The notes under the pieces: model-generated
What the model was told of the DNA's origin: nothing
Seen by the model: the letters and a program-made list of their open reading frames with translations, nothing else
The model's database searches: none
Program-made: the position numbers and the translations under genes
Assembly: GCA_012026655.1 (NCBI GenBank)
Contig: JAAILG010000946.1
Span: forward strand, 1 to 64,000
DNA from: Hydrolagus affinis
Lineage: Eukaryota
DNA: 64,000 nucleotides
Direction: 5' to 3'
In this document: piece by piece, positions 1 to 11,545 of the stretch
Layout: the number at the start of each line of letters is the position of its first letter
Numbering within the stretch: the stretch's first letter is position 1

Positions 1-99
1 TGTTGTGTTGTGATGTGATGTGGAGAGAGACAGCCCGAGAGAGAGAGAGGGAAAAAAAGAGTGAAAAATTCCTCCTCAGGACCAAGCACCAACACCTCC

Positions 100-480
100 G
101 CCTCCTTCCATTACTGCACCAACAGCTTACGTCGCACTGTACCATCGCAACCGACGCGGTCAACCCAACCTGACAAAGGATGTCCCGCCCCTCTCCCCGT
201 TAGGACGGCGCTGATTGGACAGCGCGGCCCAATTGAGGTGGGACCCCGACCGACTTGTCCTCTGATTGGTCGCGGCTCGCGCCCGTCAACTGTCGTCACA
301 GCGCTTGCCGCATTCAAGTTAGGTTGCAGCGACAACAACCCACCCCCCCCACCCCTCCGCCCGCCCCCCCGCAATTTGATTTTCACACGCGCTCCCACAA
401 GCCACCGCGGCCCAGCCATTCAACAGATTCCCATGGGAAGGAGGGCGACTCCCGGTGCATGCCGGGAATTGTAGTATTGT
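100..480 (-). promoter_or_regulatory. CpG-rich housekeeping promoter, probably of a gene running leftward out of the window (TTBK2 by synteny, inferred)
   Basis: High CpG density; CTGATTGG (CCAAT) boxes at 211-218 and 262-269; GC boxes at 184-191 and ~356-370; TGCATGCCGGGAATTGTAGT at 456-475 is the reverse complement of the ZNF143/THAP11 ACTACAnnTCCC motif. Gene identity and strand rest on synteny only. Confidence 0.7.
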
Positions 481-544
481 AGTTGTCTGGTAAAGCTCAT
501 CAAGGGAATGTGTGGAATGGGGGAAGGGGAAAGAGGTCACATCA

Positions 545-998
545 TCATCATCATAATAATAATAATAATAATAATCCTTGCATTTGCATCTTATCGACGT
601 CCCAAAGCGCTTCACAGAATATACTATAAAGTGAGTTGACCGTATGTTTGTGGGCGAACCACGACAGCCAATTGCGCACAGCAGTGTCCCACACACAGTC
701 GTGGATTGAAATGACCAATTTTATTATTGTGTTTTTTTTTGGAGGGATTATTATTAGGCGTGTGGAGTAAGGAAACTTGCCCAAGGTTTCGCCCTGACCT
801 GCCTGGATTTGAACACAGGTCTCCCCAGCTTGGTCACCCCAGCTTGCAAGACAAGTGCTCTAACCACTAAGCCATAGGAGCTTATTTTTATTTTATTATA
901 AGGAATCTTGCCCAAAGTTTCACCCTGACCTGCCTGGTTTCGAACACAGGTCTCACGCTTGTAAGGCGAGTGCTCTACCACTGAGCTACAGGACTCCA
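545..998 (-). mobile_element. tRNA-derived SINE (Deu-like body, L2-type tail) with a duplicated tRNA head
   Basis: (TAA)n tail, conserved body, then two heads (~770-880 and ~900-998) with Pol III A box TAGCTCAGTGG and B box GTTCGAAACC on the - strand. Confidence 0.8.
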
Positions 999-1349
999 CA
1001 TAAGCTGTCAGCTGGGCTCACACAACACAAGGCTCACTCAATAAATAGCACTGTCACCTTTGAGTCAACAACAACAAAAATAACCACTATCAGCATTTTT
1101 TTTATTGCACCTTTCACATCGGGAGGCTGTCCCCCAAACCACTGGGTCGACGGGTTTGCACTCAAGCCCTGCCATCGGGAGCTGGGACCCTACCTCGTGG
1201 ACTCGCTGAACACTTCGAAACCGCGCTGAGGAAGAGTGGCAAATTGTCGGTGGTGCCATCTTCGGATGAGGCGTTAAAATCCAAAGTCCGGTCTGCCCAT
1301 CCGGGGGGAATATTAAGAATCTCATGGTGCTTGAAAAGAGAAGAGAGTT

Positions 1350-1660
1350 TATAATAATAATAATCCTTGCATTTGATATGGCGCTTTTCACGTCTTCTAG
1401 ACGTCTCAAAGCGCTACACAGAATACACTGTAAAGTGAATTGACTGTATATTTGTGGGCGAAACGTGGCAGCCAATCGCACACAGCTGTTTCCCACAAAC
1501 AGTCGTGGATTGAAATGACCAAATTATTATTGGGTTTTTTGAGGGTTTATTATTAGGTGTGTGGAGTAAGGAAACTTGCCTAAGGTTTTGCTGTGTCGGG
1601 AATCAAACCCAGATCTCTCACTTGTAAGGTGAGTGCTCTAACCAATGAGTTACAGGATGT
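1350..1660 (-). mobile_element. tRNA-derived SINE copy
   Basis: Same tail, body and head sequence as the other copies. Confidence 0.8.
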
Positions 1661-2024
1661 CAGTTTTCCCCCCCAAGTAAAATTGGGCGCTCATTTCATG
1701 GCTGGTTGTACAGCATTGCTGGCCTGCTGCTTTGATCACCTGGAAATACAATCATGACACTTACATAGTTGTTTGTATGTCTAGACTCAAAGCAGAAAAT
1801 AATCCTACATACCTTATCTTTGTGCCTTCAAATCAATCCTTCACTGAGAAATTGGAGGAGATATGAAATTCTCTCTTGGATTTGCTGAGCCAACCTGTGT
1901 CACCACCTCACTCCTGGGTAGTCATCAAATTTATGTAATACAAATCAGTCCATTCATCTTCTCCCAAAGGTTGTCAGATCAAGCTCCATATTAATTCTCT
2001 GATTTAAGATTTAGGCTGATACTT

Positions 2025-2310
2025 CAATCAAGTGTCAGGGGAGTGCTGCATTGTTGGAGGGGCTGTCTTTTTGAATGAGACTTCGAATCAAGGTCCTGTC
2101 TTCCTGTTCAAGTTGATGTTAAAGATCCCAAATGACTATTCGGAAAGAGAAGAGAATTTCTTCTGATGTCCTGGCCAACCAAACAAAAACATTTTACATT
2201 GGCTTTCATGTCCGTAAGGACATCTCAAACTTTAAAAAAGTGCTCATTCACTACAGTATTATTTGTGGAACATTGCTGTACACAAATTGGCTTCAGCATA
2301 ATAAATATAC
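2025..2310 (+). mobile_element. Older DeuSINE-like element
   Basis: GTGCTGCATTGTTGGAGG..GATGTTAAAGATCCC..GAAAGAGAAG resembles the Deu domain; related copies at ~1230-1345, 4710-4900, 8790-9090, 12340-12640, 23330-23460(-) and 28080-28320. Confidence 0.55.
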
Positions 2311-3450
2311 AGTCAACAGACTTTAAATTATGAAAACAACAACAACAAAATTACACTTATTTAGTGCTTCTCACATCCCAAGGCTCTGGGAACTTCCAAG
2401 GCACTTTGGAGATTTTGATGTGATCAAATGCAAGGATTATCAGGCATTATATAAAACCATTATTAACATTCATACATTCATAGGCAGACATTACAACAGG
2501 AGTCAATGGTTAGCGATCCGGAATCTAGGATATTCCACACCCCCCCCCACTAATCTGTGTTGGCTAAAGATAATTATATCCCCCCCACATCACCATCACA
2601 GTAATCACATTACTGCCAAACTGCCCGATTCACAATGATCAAACCTAGTACCTTTTGGTTTTATGCCACTAAATAGCATCAGACAATGCACTTAGTCATC
2701 AGGTTATAAATATTGATTTAAAATGTGAGATGCACATCCAATATTATGCTCACATGTCTGCACATATCCTCTATTCCACATGAAAAGTAATAACACACAA
2801 ATCCTGCAAACCATTAAACTTCCTTCAGAGTTTGTTTTCCTATATGCTTTCCTGTGCATAAATGAAAAGTACTGTATTTATAAAATTGACGGTGAGTTTT
2901 ACGTAGTAATTTAGTCAAGGGGCCCTTCTGCTGCTCAGAAATTGTTCAATTAAGTGACAGCCTGGCTTGACAGTCATGGCCAGCTGTCAATTAGTTTCCA
3001 AAGTTTTTTTTTCTCGGTATGAATTGTTTTGCAAGTGTGTGTTTGTGGGGAGGGGGATGGGTTGTGGAGAGAGAGTTCTCTCTGACTAATTTTCTACACT
3101 CCTCTTCTTCCCAAGGTATTCCGGCCACAAAATATACAGTGAATTTACTTTAGAGGATATCCTGTGAAGGGCTTTGAGACATCTCAACAACCTGAAAAGG
3201 CGCTGTTATCGAATGCGAGAATTATTATTAATTGATTCCATTTACCAAGCAGCACAATCGCACAGCGGTTGTCGTCAAGATTGTGGGCCATTTCGTGGTG
3301 TGACAAGAATTGGATTCCCTCACACAATTTATTTCTGATCACCGGGAGCCAAATTTTTGATGCTGTACAATACATTTATTGCTGCAGCGAGGCAGAAAGA
3401 ACTCTCCATTGCCTATCAGTCACGCAACAATATTGACATTTTGTTAATAC

Positions 3451-3758
3451 AATCATTTCAATCCACGACTGTTTGTGGGACACTGCTGTGCGCAATTGGC
3501 TGCAGTGGTTCGCCCAGAAAAAAAAGTCAATTCATTTTACAGTGAATATTCTGTGAAGCTCTTTGAGATGTCTAGAAGACATGAAAAGCCATATAATAAT
3601 AACATAATACTAATAATCCTTGCATTTGATATAGAGCTTTTCATGTCTTCTAGACATCTAAAAGCGCTTCACAGAATATACTGTAAAGTGAATTGACTGT
3701 ACATTTGTGGGCGAAACGTAGCAGCCAATTGCGTACAGCAATGTCTCACAAATTGTCG
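3451..3758. mobile_element. Tail-to-tail inverted pair of SINE 3' halves
   Basis: A + copy (~3451-3600) and a - copy (~3610-3758) of the same SINE body meet at the AAT-rich tail. Confidence 0.8.
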
Positions 3759-6519
3759 ACATATTAAATGCAAAGGTTATTATTATTACTACGTAAGCAC
3801 ATGGTCCATTCACCTTTGGGATTGAGATTGATAAAATAAAAGTTTTCTCTCTCTGCTGGCAGGGAAAATCTTACATGATTGCTTATTTGAGCAGTTCCAA
3901 CCCCGCTTTTTCTAGCTATGGGATCACAGTACAGTACATCAATACAACAACAAATTACATTTGTACAGAGCCTTTCCCATCATGATGATATCCCAAGTCG
4001 TTACCACTAATTGGTCAACTCACCAACTGAGCTAAAATGGTTCTCACAAGCGTGAGAAACCTTTCCTCCTAACTCCCATTCCTTTCATCGACATTGATAG
4101 AAATGGACTGCACGAAAAAATAGACTTCAATAAAAAATTCTTTAAACATTTTCTTGTATACTTTTAAGAGTGAAATTTTGTTTATTCTTTAATATTAAAT
4201 ATTACTAAACTTTGACCAGAGACACAAAATACTGTAAATTGAAGCACAAGAAGTCTAAGAGAGCCTACAGATCTTATTCTCCGTCTCTGCCAAAGCTGCT
4301 CTGTGTTTTACTACAATATTCTGAGATCTAGAGAAGCAGCCTGGGAGAGAAGATGCATCATGTCTCTAATCTTCACTGTCTCTGCTCTTCATGGCCTGAT
4401 CACAGTATATCAGCCATCAGTGACTATCCTGCCAAGAATTGATAGTTGTACCTGCGATATCTTGCTCTGATTGTATTCCCTTTCAACATCAGTATTTGGT
4501 CATGGAATTCCATTCAGTCACCACTTCCAAAGCACTTCTAAGACAGAAGCAACATACAAACAGACTGGGCAGGAACAAGCTCCAGGCAGCTCCTATTTGA
4601 TCCCCCACCCCCTACCTGCGTAACATTGCTCTCCCTAAAGATCTTGCTGCTCTGTTTATTATTTTATGAAAGTCTCCTTTGATGGAGAGGGAGGGAAGCT
4701 CTTGAGTCTACTCAGCTGGTGGCACCCTTGCCTCTGAATTAGAGGTTTGTGGATTTGAGCTCACTACAATGCTGGGGGAATGTTACATTGTCAGAGATGC
4801 CGTTCTTCTGATGATGAGTTTAACTGAAAGCCTGTCTTCCTGATCAGAGAGTTAAAGATCCTAAGGCTCTATTCAAAAAGAGAAATAAGTTCCTCCCAGA
4901 TTTACTGCACTACTGTATATCAAATGCTAAGATTATTATTGTTACATGTAATGACTTTAATAGGCTAAGAGGAAGAATTAAAAAAAACACAGCTTTGTCT
5001 GGTGAAGGGAGGATGAAACGTTGGGATCAAATGAGCCAAAATGTTTTTTCATCCAAACTTCTCTTGTGACTTACAGGCCAAAGGATCCTCCTCTACTGCT
5101 CTAGGTAACCTGCTAGATCTTAATCCTCGAACATTATTTTTAATAGTCAATAAAAAAAAATTGTTACTGTATTATTAGGAGGAAAATTTCTTTAAAAGTA
5201 CCATTCCTGCTTGTGTCAATTAAATCTGCCAGAGTCGAAGACACAATGTAAAACAGCAGTGTCTCCTGAGACAGAACATAAAAGAACTCTCAAAGCATTG
5301 TATACATTAAGAATCACATTTCCCTTTTAGCAGAAAGAGGGAAAAAGCGATGCCACTGACAATAGAGGTCATTACAAGCCTCCGAGGCTGACAGGTATTG
5401 ATCTGGAACCCATGACAGAGTTTTAAATCTATCGATCAGCCTGAAATATTATACCATGAAATGCAATCTGTAGACAGGAACAAATTTAACAAAATGGATT
5501 GCGGGTAGTTTAGCATTCAATAATTTATGGAGATTTATGATATCATATTCTGCAAAGCTGCTTCTATGTTAGTTGATTAATCCTATCATTCGCTGTTCAA
5601 CTAATTGAATAATTGCACCAGTGTTTGGAAGCTGGCAGTTATGTTAATGTTCTATTTCAAATTAAAGACCTTCACTTTCGCGGTGAGAAAATAATAAACC
5701 AGAAGTTGATTCAGCTGAAATCTGGAATCATACAATCCTACAGCACAGAAGAAGGCCATTTGTCCCAATGTGTCTTTGAAAGAACTATCCAATTATTCCC
5801 ACTCCCCTGCAATTTCCCCACAGTCTTGCTATTTTTTCCTGTTCAAGCATACATCCAATTCCCCATGAGTTATTATCGAATCTGCTTCCACTACCCTGTC
5901 AGATTATTTATAGTTATATTACAATACTAATCTCAACAAGGTACATTTTACACACCTTTCAGTCACCTTTCGCATCCCCACCCCTCTCGGCTCCCACCCC
6001 CAGTTCGGGTGTCAATCCAATATTGTGAAGTGCCTTGGGATACCTGGAAATAATTTATAATGTAACTACTGTATAAACGTAAATTCGTATTGTATCTTTT
6101 CCAAAGGAACTCAACATTCTGTGCTGATCTGTTGATCCAGGATTGGTATCCAGACATAGACACTTTGTAATAACTGGCTATTGAGGTTTAGATTATATTA
6201 AAAGGCAATTCATTGGATAAACATTTGAAGGGACAAACACACACAACACACACACTCTGTGCTTGGCTGACTGAATGACTGAGATCAGATGAAGGAGTGC
6301 TCTCTCTCACTGACATACAGACACACACACACTCTCTCTCTCTCTGGTTCAGGTCTGACACACAGATATAATCCCTTTAAACAAAATTGGTCACTCAATC
6401 TATGACTGTGTGTGGTCAGTCCCCTCTCCGACCCCCCTTAGTCCCGCCTCCAGCTCGGGTGCCCATGTAGCTTTGTCAAGTGCTTTGAGATGTACTCCTG
6501 ATGTGAAGGATGTAATAAA

Positions 6520-6835
6520 AATAATAATCCTGTAATCCTTGTAAGCACTTTACACATCCTCTAGATGCCTCAAAGCGCTTCACTGAATATACAGTACTGC
6601 AATGTGAATTGACTGTATATATGTGGGAGAAACGCGGCAGCCAATTGCACACAAACAGTGTCCCACAAACAGTCGTGGTTTGAAATGACCAATTTATTAT
6701 TGTTTTTTTGCTTGAAGGTTTGTTATCAGGCACGTGGAGTAAGGAAATTTGCCCAAGGTTTCACCCTGCCTGGAAACGAACCCAGTTCTCTTGCTTATAA
6801 GACAAGTGCTCTAATCACTGAGCTACAGGACTCAT
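6520..6835 (-). mobile_element. tRNA-derived SINE copy
   Basis: Tail, body and tRNA head all present. Confidence 0.8.
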
Positions 6836-6949
6836 ATAAATGTCATATAAATGTAAGTTGTATTGTATCCTGTGAGATCTTTATGTGATATTAAACAATA
6901 TCATTTGAAAAAAATCCTTCAATGGCCTCCGTAACCATATAAATAATTC

Positions 6950-7250
6950 CAGATGTCAGTGAATTGCAGGCAGTAATCTAATATCAGAGTTCATCTGATG
7001 AACAGATCAGGCCAGCTTCAGTCTCGCAGTTTATGACTCCATCTGAGGCTTTCTATTGGATTACTTCAATATAATGCACTGACAGCCTTCGAGCATTCCG
7101 AGCATAATTACTGCCAGCCCTTCAATGTTATCTAACAGATAGCTTGCTGCCCAGTATTCTCCAGTGTAATTCGCTCCCAGCTAGTCATGGTTATCTGTAC
7201 AATCCATCTGAACCTCAGTGGGATTACTGCAGTGTAATGCACTGACAGAT
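6950..7250. promoter_or_regulatory. Candidate retinal enhancer (repeated GATTACT..TGCACTGACA composite motif plus CATCTG E-boxes)
   Basis: Motif copies at 6954-6979 (inverted), 7058-7085 and 7221-7248; E-boxes at 6950, 6992, 7040 and 7205. Confidence 0.4.
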
Positions 7251-8310
7251 ATCTCGTAGTCAGGCCTAGACATCCACAATTACAATCTATAAAATAAAGA
7301 ACACATTGGAGCAAGCTGTGAGTTGCAGCACAATCAGTGAGTTCAAAGGTCCTTTGCAGCCTATCAAGCTTTGTTCTTATGATCTAAAGCCATTGATAAT
7401 TTGTTTAACAGATGCTATAGAACTAGTTTTCCACTGGTATTCCATCACCCACACAACAGTGGGCAACATCAACCTCACAAAACTGGTGCTAAATCACCTT
7501 TGCGACGCTGGCAGAGCTTGAGCTGTCGAAAAGATTTTGAATCACTGATAAATTCTCGAGAGCAATTACAAGAGCATTGAAGATTAATTCTCACATAATG
7601 CATAGAGAGAGAGCGCCATTTAGTGGTGGTGTTAAGACTCATCCTTTATTCCATCTGGAATAAAAGGTGAAATGCACAAAATCCACCCACTGTTCCAGCA
7701 ATCAAAGAAAGCTCTCAAAGTAAATGAATGTAGTGCTATTTATTATTAATCGAGTTGCTAGCCAGCAATAATGCAGCATAACTACAGCCACACAATCACC
7801 ACTGTAAATTTATTTTATGGTTAAAGTAGAATTTCATTAAAATAATGATTGTTGTAAAGATGTGAATTCTAACACATTGGACGTAGAAAACAGTTGCATC
7901 AAAATGTTCACAGATCCAGTTATTTTCTGCCTCTGTTTTCTGTTATTTGCTATTTCTCTTGTAGCCTTAACAAAACCTGAAACTTCTGGAACATTGACCA
8001 ATAGAGTGTCTATTATCTACCGATACTAGACATGGCAATGTCACAGCACGTCCTTGTAACAAGAGCAAATTACCCAATGAGACAAACACTCGCAGTAACA
8101 TTGTGCCACAAAATGGGAGGCAGTGAGGAGGCAAACTGAACATTGCCCCCCACCACCCCCACCCCCACCCCAAAAGAAAGGGAAATTGGGAATGCCATGA
8201 GCAGCCTTACATTGCCAAAGGCTGGCGAGCAGCTTCCCTGCTTTGTCTGTGTCAGGAGCTACTCAGAGGAATACCACCAATTTTATACAAATGCGCTGAG
8301 CTAGAAACAA

Positions 8311-8461
8311 ATGGAAATGCAAAATACTGCAGATGCTGGAAATCCGAAACAAAAACAGAAATCGCTGGGAACACTCAGCAAGTCAGGCAGCATTTATGGA
8401 GAAAGGAAAAGTGAGTCAATGACCCTTCATCAGTCGTGGACCCAAAACGTTAACTCACTTT
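8311..8461. mobile_element. Penelope-like element terminal-repeat fragment with an inverted junction
   Basis: AAATACTGCAGATGCTGGAAATC..CTCAGCAAGTCAGGCAGCAT repeat; CCCTTCATCAG (CTGATGAAGGG on -) abuts GTCGTGGACCCAAAACGTTAACTCACTTT (+). Confidence 0.55.
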
Positions 8462-9899
8462 CTAGAAGATGTGAAAAGCGCTATATCAAATGCAAGCATT
8501 TTTATTATTCTTATTCCCACTCCATTCTGAGGGAGCAGTTATACAAGAGTCCCAGAATGGTTGTGATCACCAACAGTCAGTTAATATCACTACTTTTTGC
8601 TCTCTGGAATTAGACAGGATTACTCTCTATCCCCCTCTGCTGCTCTTGGGTGGTAAATCGGTTAAGAATCAAGGCGAGGAGCTAAGCTTAAGAAGCAGCT
8701 TTAAATCCTGCTGACATCTTAACTTTACATAATTTTATGAAAAAACAGAGTAAATCTTGAATCAATGAGTGAGGAGGAACTGGGATTGAACTTCCTTCAG
8801 ACAAGACATTAAACCAAGGTCCAGTCTGCCTGTTCAGATGGACGGACGTTAAAGATCCCGTGGTACAATTCGAAAAGAGAAGGGAACCTCTGCTAGTTGT
8901 CCTGACCAACATTCCCCACAAATAAAATTGATCACTCAATCCATGGCTGTTGGTGGGAAATTGTTGTGCACAATTCACTCCTGCATTTTCACTTACAAAA
9001 TACAGTTAATCCACTTTAGTATATTCTGTGAAGTGCTTTGAGATGTCTCAACTTGATAAGGCTCTATGTCAAAAGTGAGGATGATTTATTTTATTATTAA
9101 TATTCCCTCCATCCTTCTTCCTCATTACCCTGAGCAATCCTTTGATTTGCTTACTCAACAAATAAGAGAATTCTTTCACAACATGTAGTCAAATTCTGTG
9201 AAATAGCAGAACAAGCAGCAAGTAAACTAAATGTTTAGAATTTGATTTTGTATTTAAATGATGTATAAAATATACCTTTATGCTTCCAATCACCACATTT
9301 GATGAATAATCTGCCAGATTGTATGCCTTGAGAATCAAAATGTAATAATTAATCCTTGTATTTCATATACAGCATAGACTTCAGCAAAGGCATTTTAGAA
9401 GGGAGGTATATATATTATAAAAGAAGCTAAATGGGATTGAGCAAGCAAAATCAGAATACTCTCTGATATGTCAAGACAGCAAGAGTGCAAAAATTCAGCG
9501 GTTGCAAAGGATAATTTTAGAATAGTACTTCTTTACCTCGAAGGTATAATTAAATACAATACAAATTTACATTTGCCTTTAATTACATTGCAAGGAAAGG
9601 GTGGTTGAGGCCAGGTCACGGGATTAATTTATGAAACAGCTTGATGCTGTGAAGGGAGGAAGGGAGAGGACCAATTTGGTCAAACGGACTGAAGGGCCTT
9701 CTTCACTTTGAACCCTTCTTTTCGTCTTGTGAACTTGCTTAAAAATAGATTTAATCATGGACAGTTAGGAGTGTGTGATTGTGTGTGTGGGGTGGGGTGG
9801 GGGGAGGGATGGGGGCGTGGGCTGTACTGGGACAGAGATAAATTATTGCCCATCGCTTTTGAAAAGCTCAACATTTAAATAGGGCGAATGCTGTCTGCC

Positions 9900-10496
9900 G
9901 AGTGAAGGGAGTTTTAAGGAATTAAATCTTAAAGCAGATTAGTGACAGGCTCTTTGATTTTCTTCTTCTGTTATCACATAAAAAGTGCTCAGTGTTTCCT
10001 TATCCTGAAATATCCTGTGCCTTTCCAAAGGTCACTAGACCATCGCTATTCCATTCCGCTTTAACTCCTAGTCTGATTTTGTACAAATTTAAAAATACCT
10101 TACATTTGTGTGGCAGGGTTTAGTACGGTTGCGTGTTTTGCTTCTACAAGATTAGTGGCGCGGCAGCAGATGTTCCAGTGAAATCTATTATCAATGATTA
10201 GCATTGAGCAGAGCTGCTGCAGCCTGCCCTGGGCTCTATGTGTCAATCTCAGAGACCAGGCGTCAATCACATTGCTCTGCCATGCTCATTCCACCGAACC
10301 ACAGCTAGGCTGCTCACAACGGTAAATTAGCTGCGTGCTTCTGCTGCCTAACCTTTCTGTAGCAAGAAATTCACCCAAATGCAGCGGAGCTGGCTCTGAA
10401 GGATACCAGGCTCATTTTGTTTCTTTTTCTGACCATCATCTTTTTGAATGTTTAATATTTGCTGCTCGAGGAGAAAGAGAGGGGTGGTGCGATCAT
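9900..10496 (+). promoter_or_regulatory. Putative PRPH2L proximal promoter and non-coding first exon
   Basis: CRX/OTX-type sites AGATTAG (9936-9942, 10149-10155) and TGATTAG (10195-10201); donor CAT|GTGAGT at 10497; matching acceptor TTCTTTACAG| ending at 10854. Confidence 0.4.
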
Positions 10497-10964
10497 GTGA
10501 GTTGATCGCCAAAGAATTCTCTCTGAACAGTTTCTTTTCTTAAAAAAAACCTTGAATATGTGAGACTGGAATTGTCCAAATATAAAATAGTTTTTTTTTA
10601 AAACAAATGTACTAATACTTGCATTTGATTTAGCACCTTATCACGTCGTTGAGACATCTCAAAGTGCTTCACAGGATACACTGTATATTGACTGCATATT
10701 TTTGTGGACAAAATACAGCCAATTGCACAAGGCAGTGGTCCCACAAACAGCCATAGATCAACTGAGTGGCCAAATGTCCGTTTCAAAAAGGGCAATGCAT
10801 TCATGCCATTTGGATATAGTGTCAATAATTCTTTTCTTGTTGCCTTCTTTACAGGGGAAGAATCTAAAGTGTTGGCGCTCTCCATCTTGTTGTCTAGATT
10901 GGAAGAAAGTTAATCTGCTTATGGATTTTGCAGAGCTCCTGCTGCCTCTTATGTTAATTGAACC

Positions 10965-11545
10965 ATGGCGGTTCTGAGAGTGAAATTCACCAAAGACAAG
11001 AGGGACAGACTAGCCCAAGTGCTATGGATCTTAAACTGGGTCTCGGTGATCACCAGTGTCATTTTGTTCAGCATGGGACTCTTTCTGAAAATTGAGATCC
11101 GAAAGCGCAGCGAGGTGATGGCCAATCGAGAGATTGACTCTGTCCCGCACATGTTGATCGCGGTGGGCACTATCGCATGCGGCATCAACTTCCTCGGGGG
11201 GAAGATCTGTTCCGATTGCTCGGACACCAACAAGTTCTCTCGTTGGAAGATGGTGATGCTCCCGTACATCATCTGCTCTTTCTTTTTCACCTTCTGCATC
11301 CTGGTGGGAGCTCTGATGTGTTACATGATGAGAAACGCGCTGGAGGAGTCTCTCTATGTGGGGATGAGGGAAGCCATGAAGTTTTACAAGGATACGGACA
11401 CCCCGGGGAGGTGCTTCCTGAAGAGGACGGTCGACCAGCTGCAGATCGACTTCCAATGCTGCGGGAACAATGGCTTCAGGGATTGGTTTGAGATCCAGTG
11501 GATAAGCAATCGTTATTTGGATATGAGATCCAAAGATGTCCAAGA
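10965..11545 (+). CDS. prph2l: PRPH2L coding exon 1
   Basis: ACCATGG start; 581 nt; donor GA|GTAAGT. Confidence 0.95.

Noticed and set aside
61-482. Overlapping 75-137 aa ORFs
   Set aside because: A by-product of GC-rich promoter sequence; no recognisable protein.
570-580. TAATCC (CRX motif) in every SINE tail as seeded enhancers
   Set aside because: Present wherever the repeat occurs, with a suboptimal 5' base (A); no sign of local enrichment.
319-999. Recurrent short ORFs reading CGTLLCAIG.. as a gene family or CRISPR-like array
   Set aside because: These are translations of the dispersed SINE body; the DNA is eukaryotic with no repeat-spacer periodicity.
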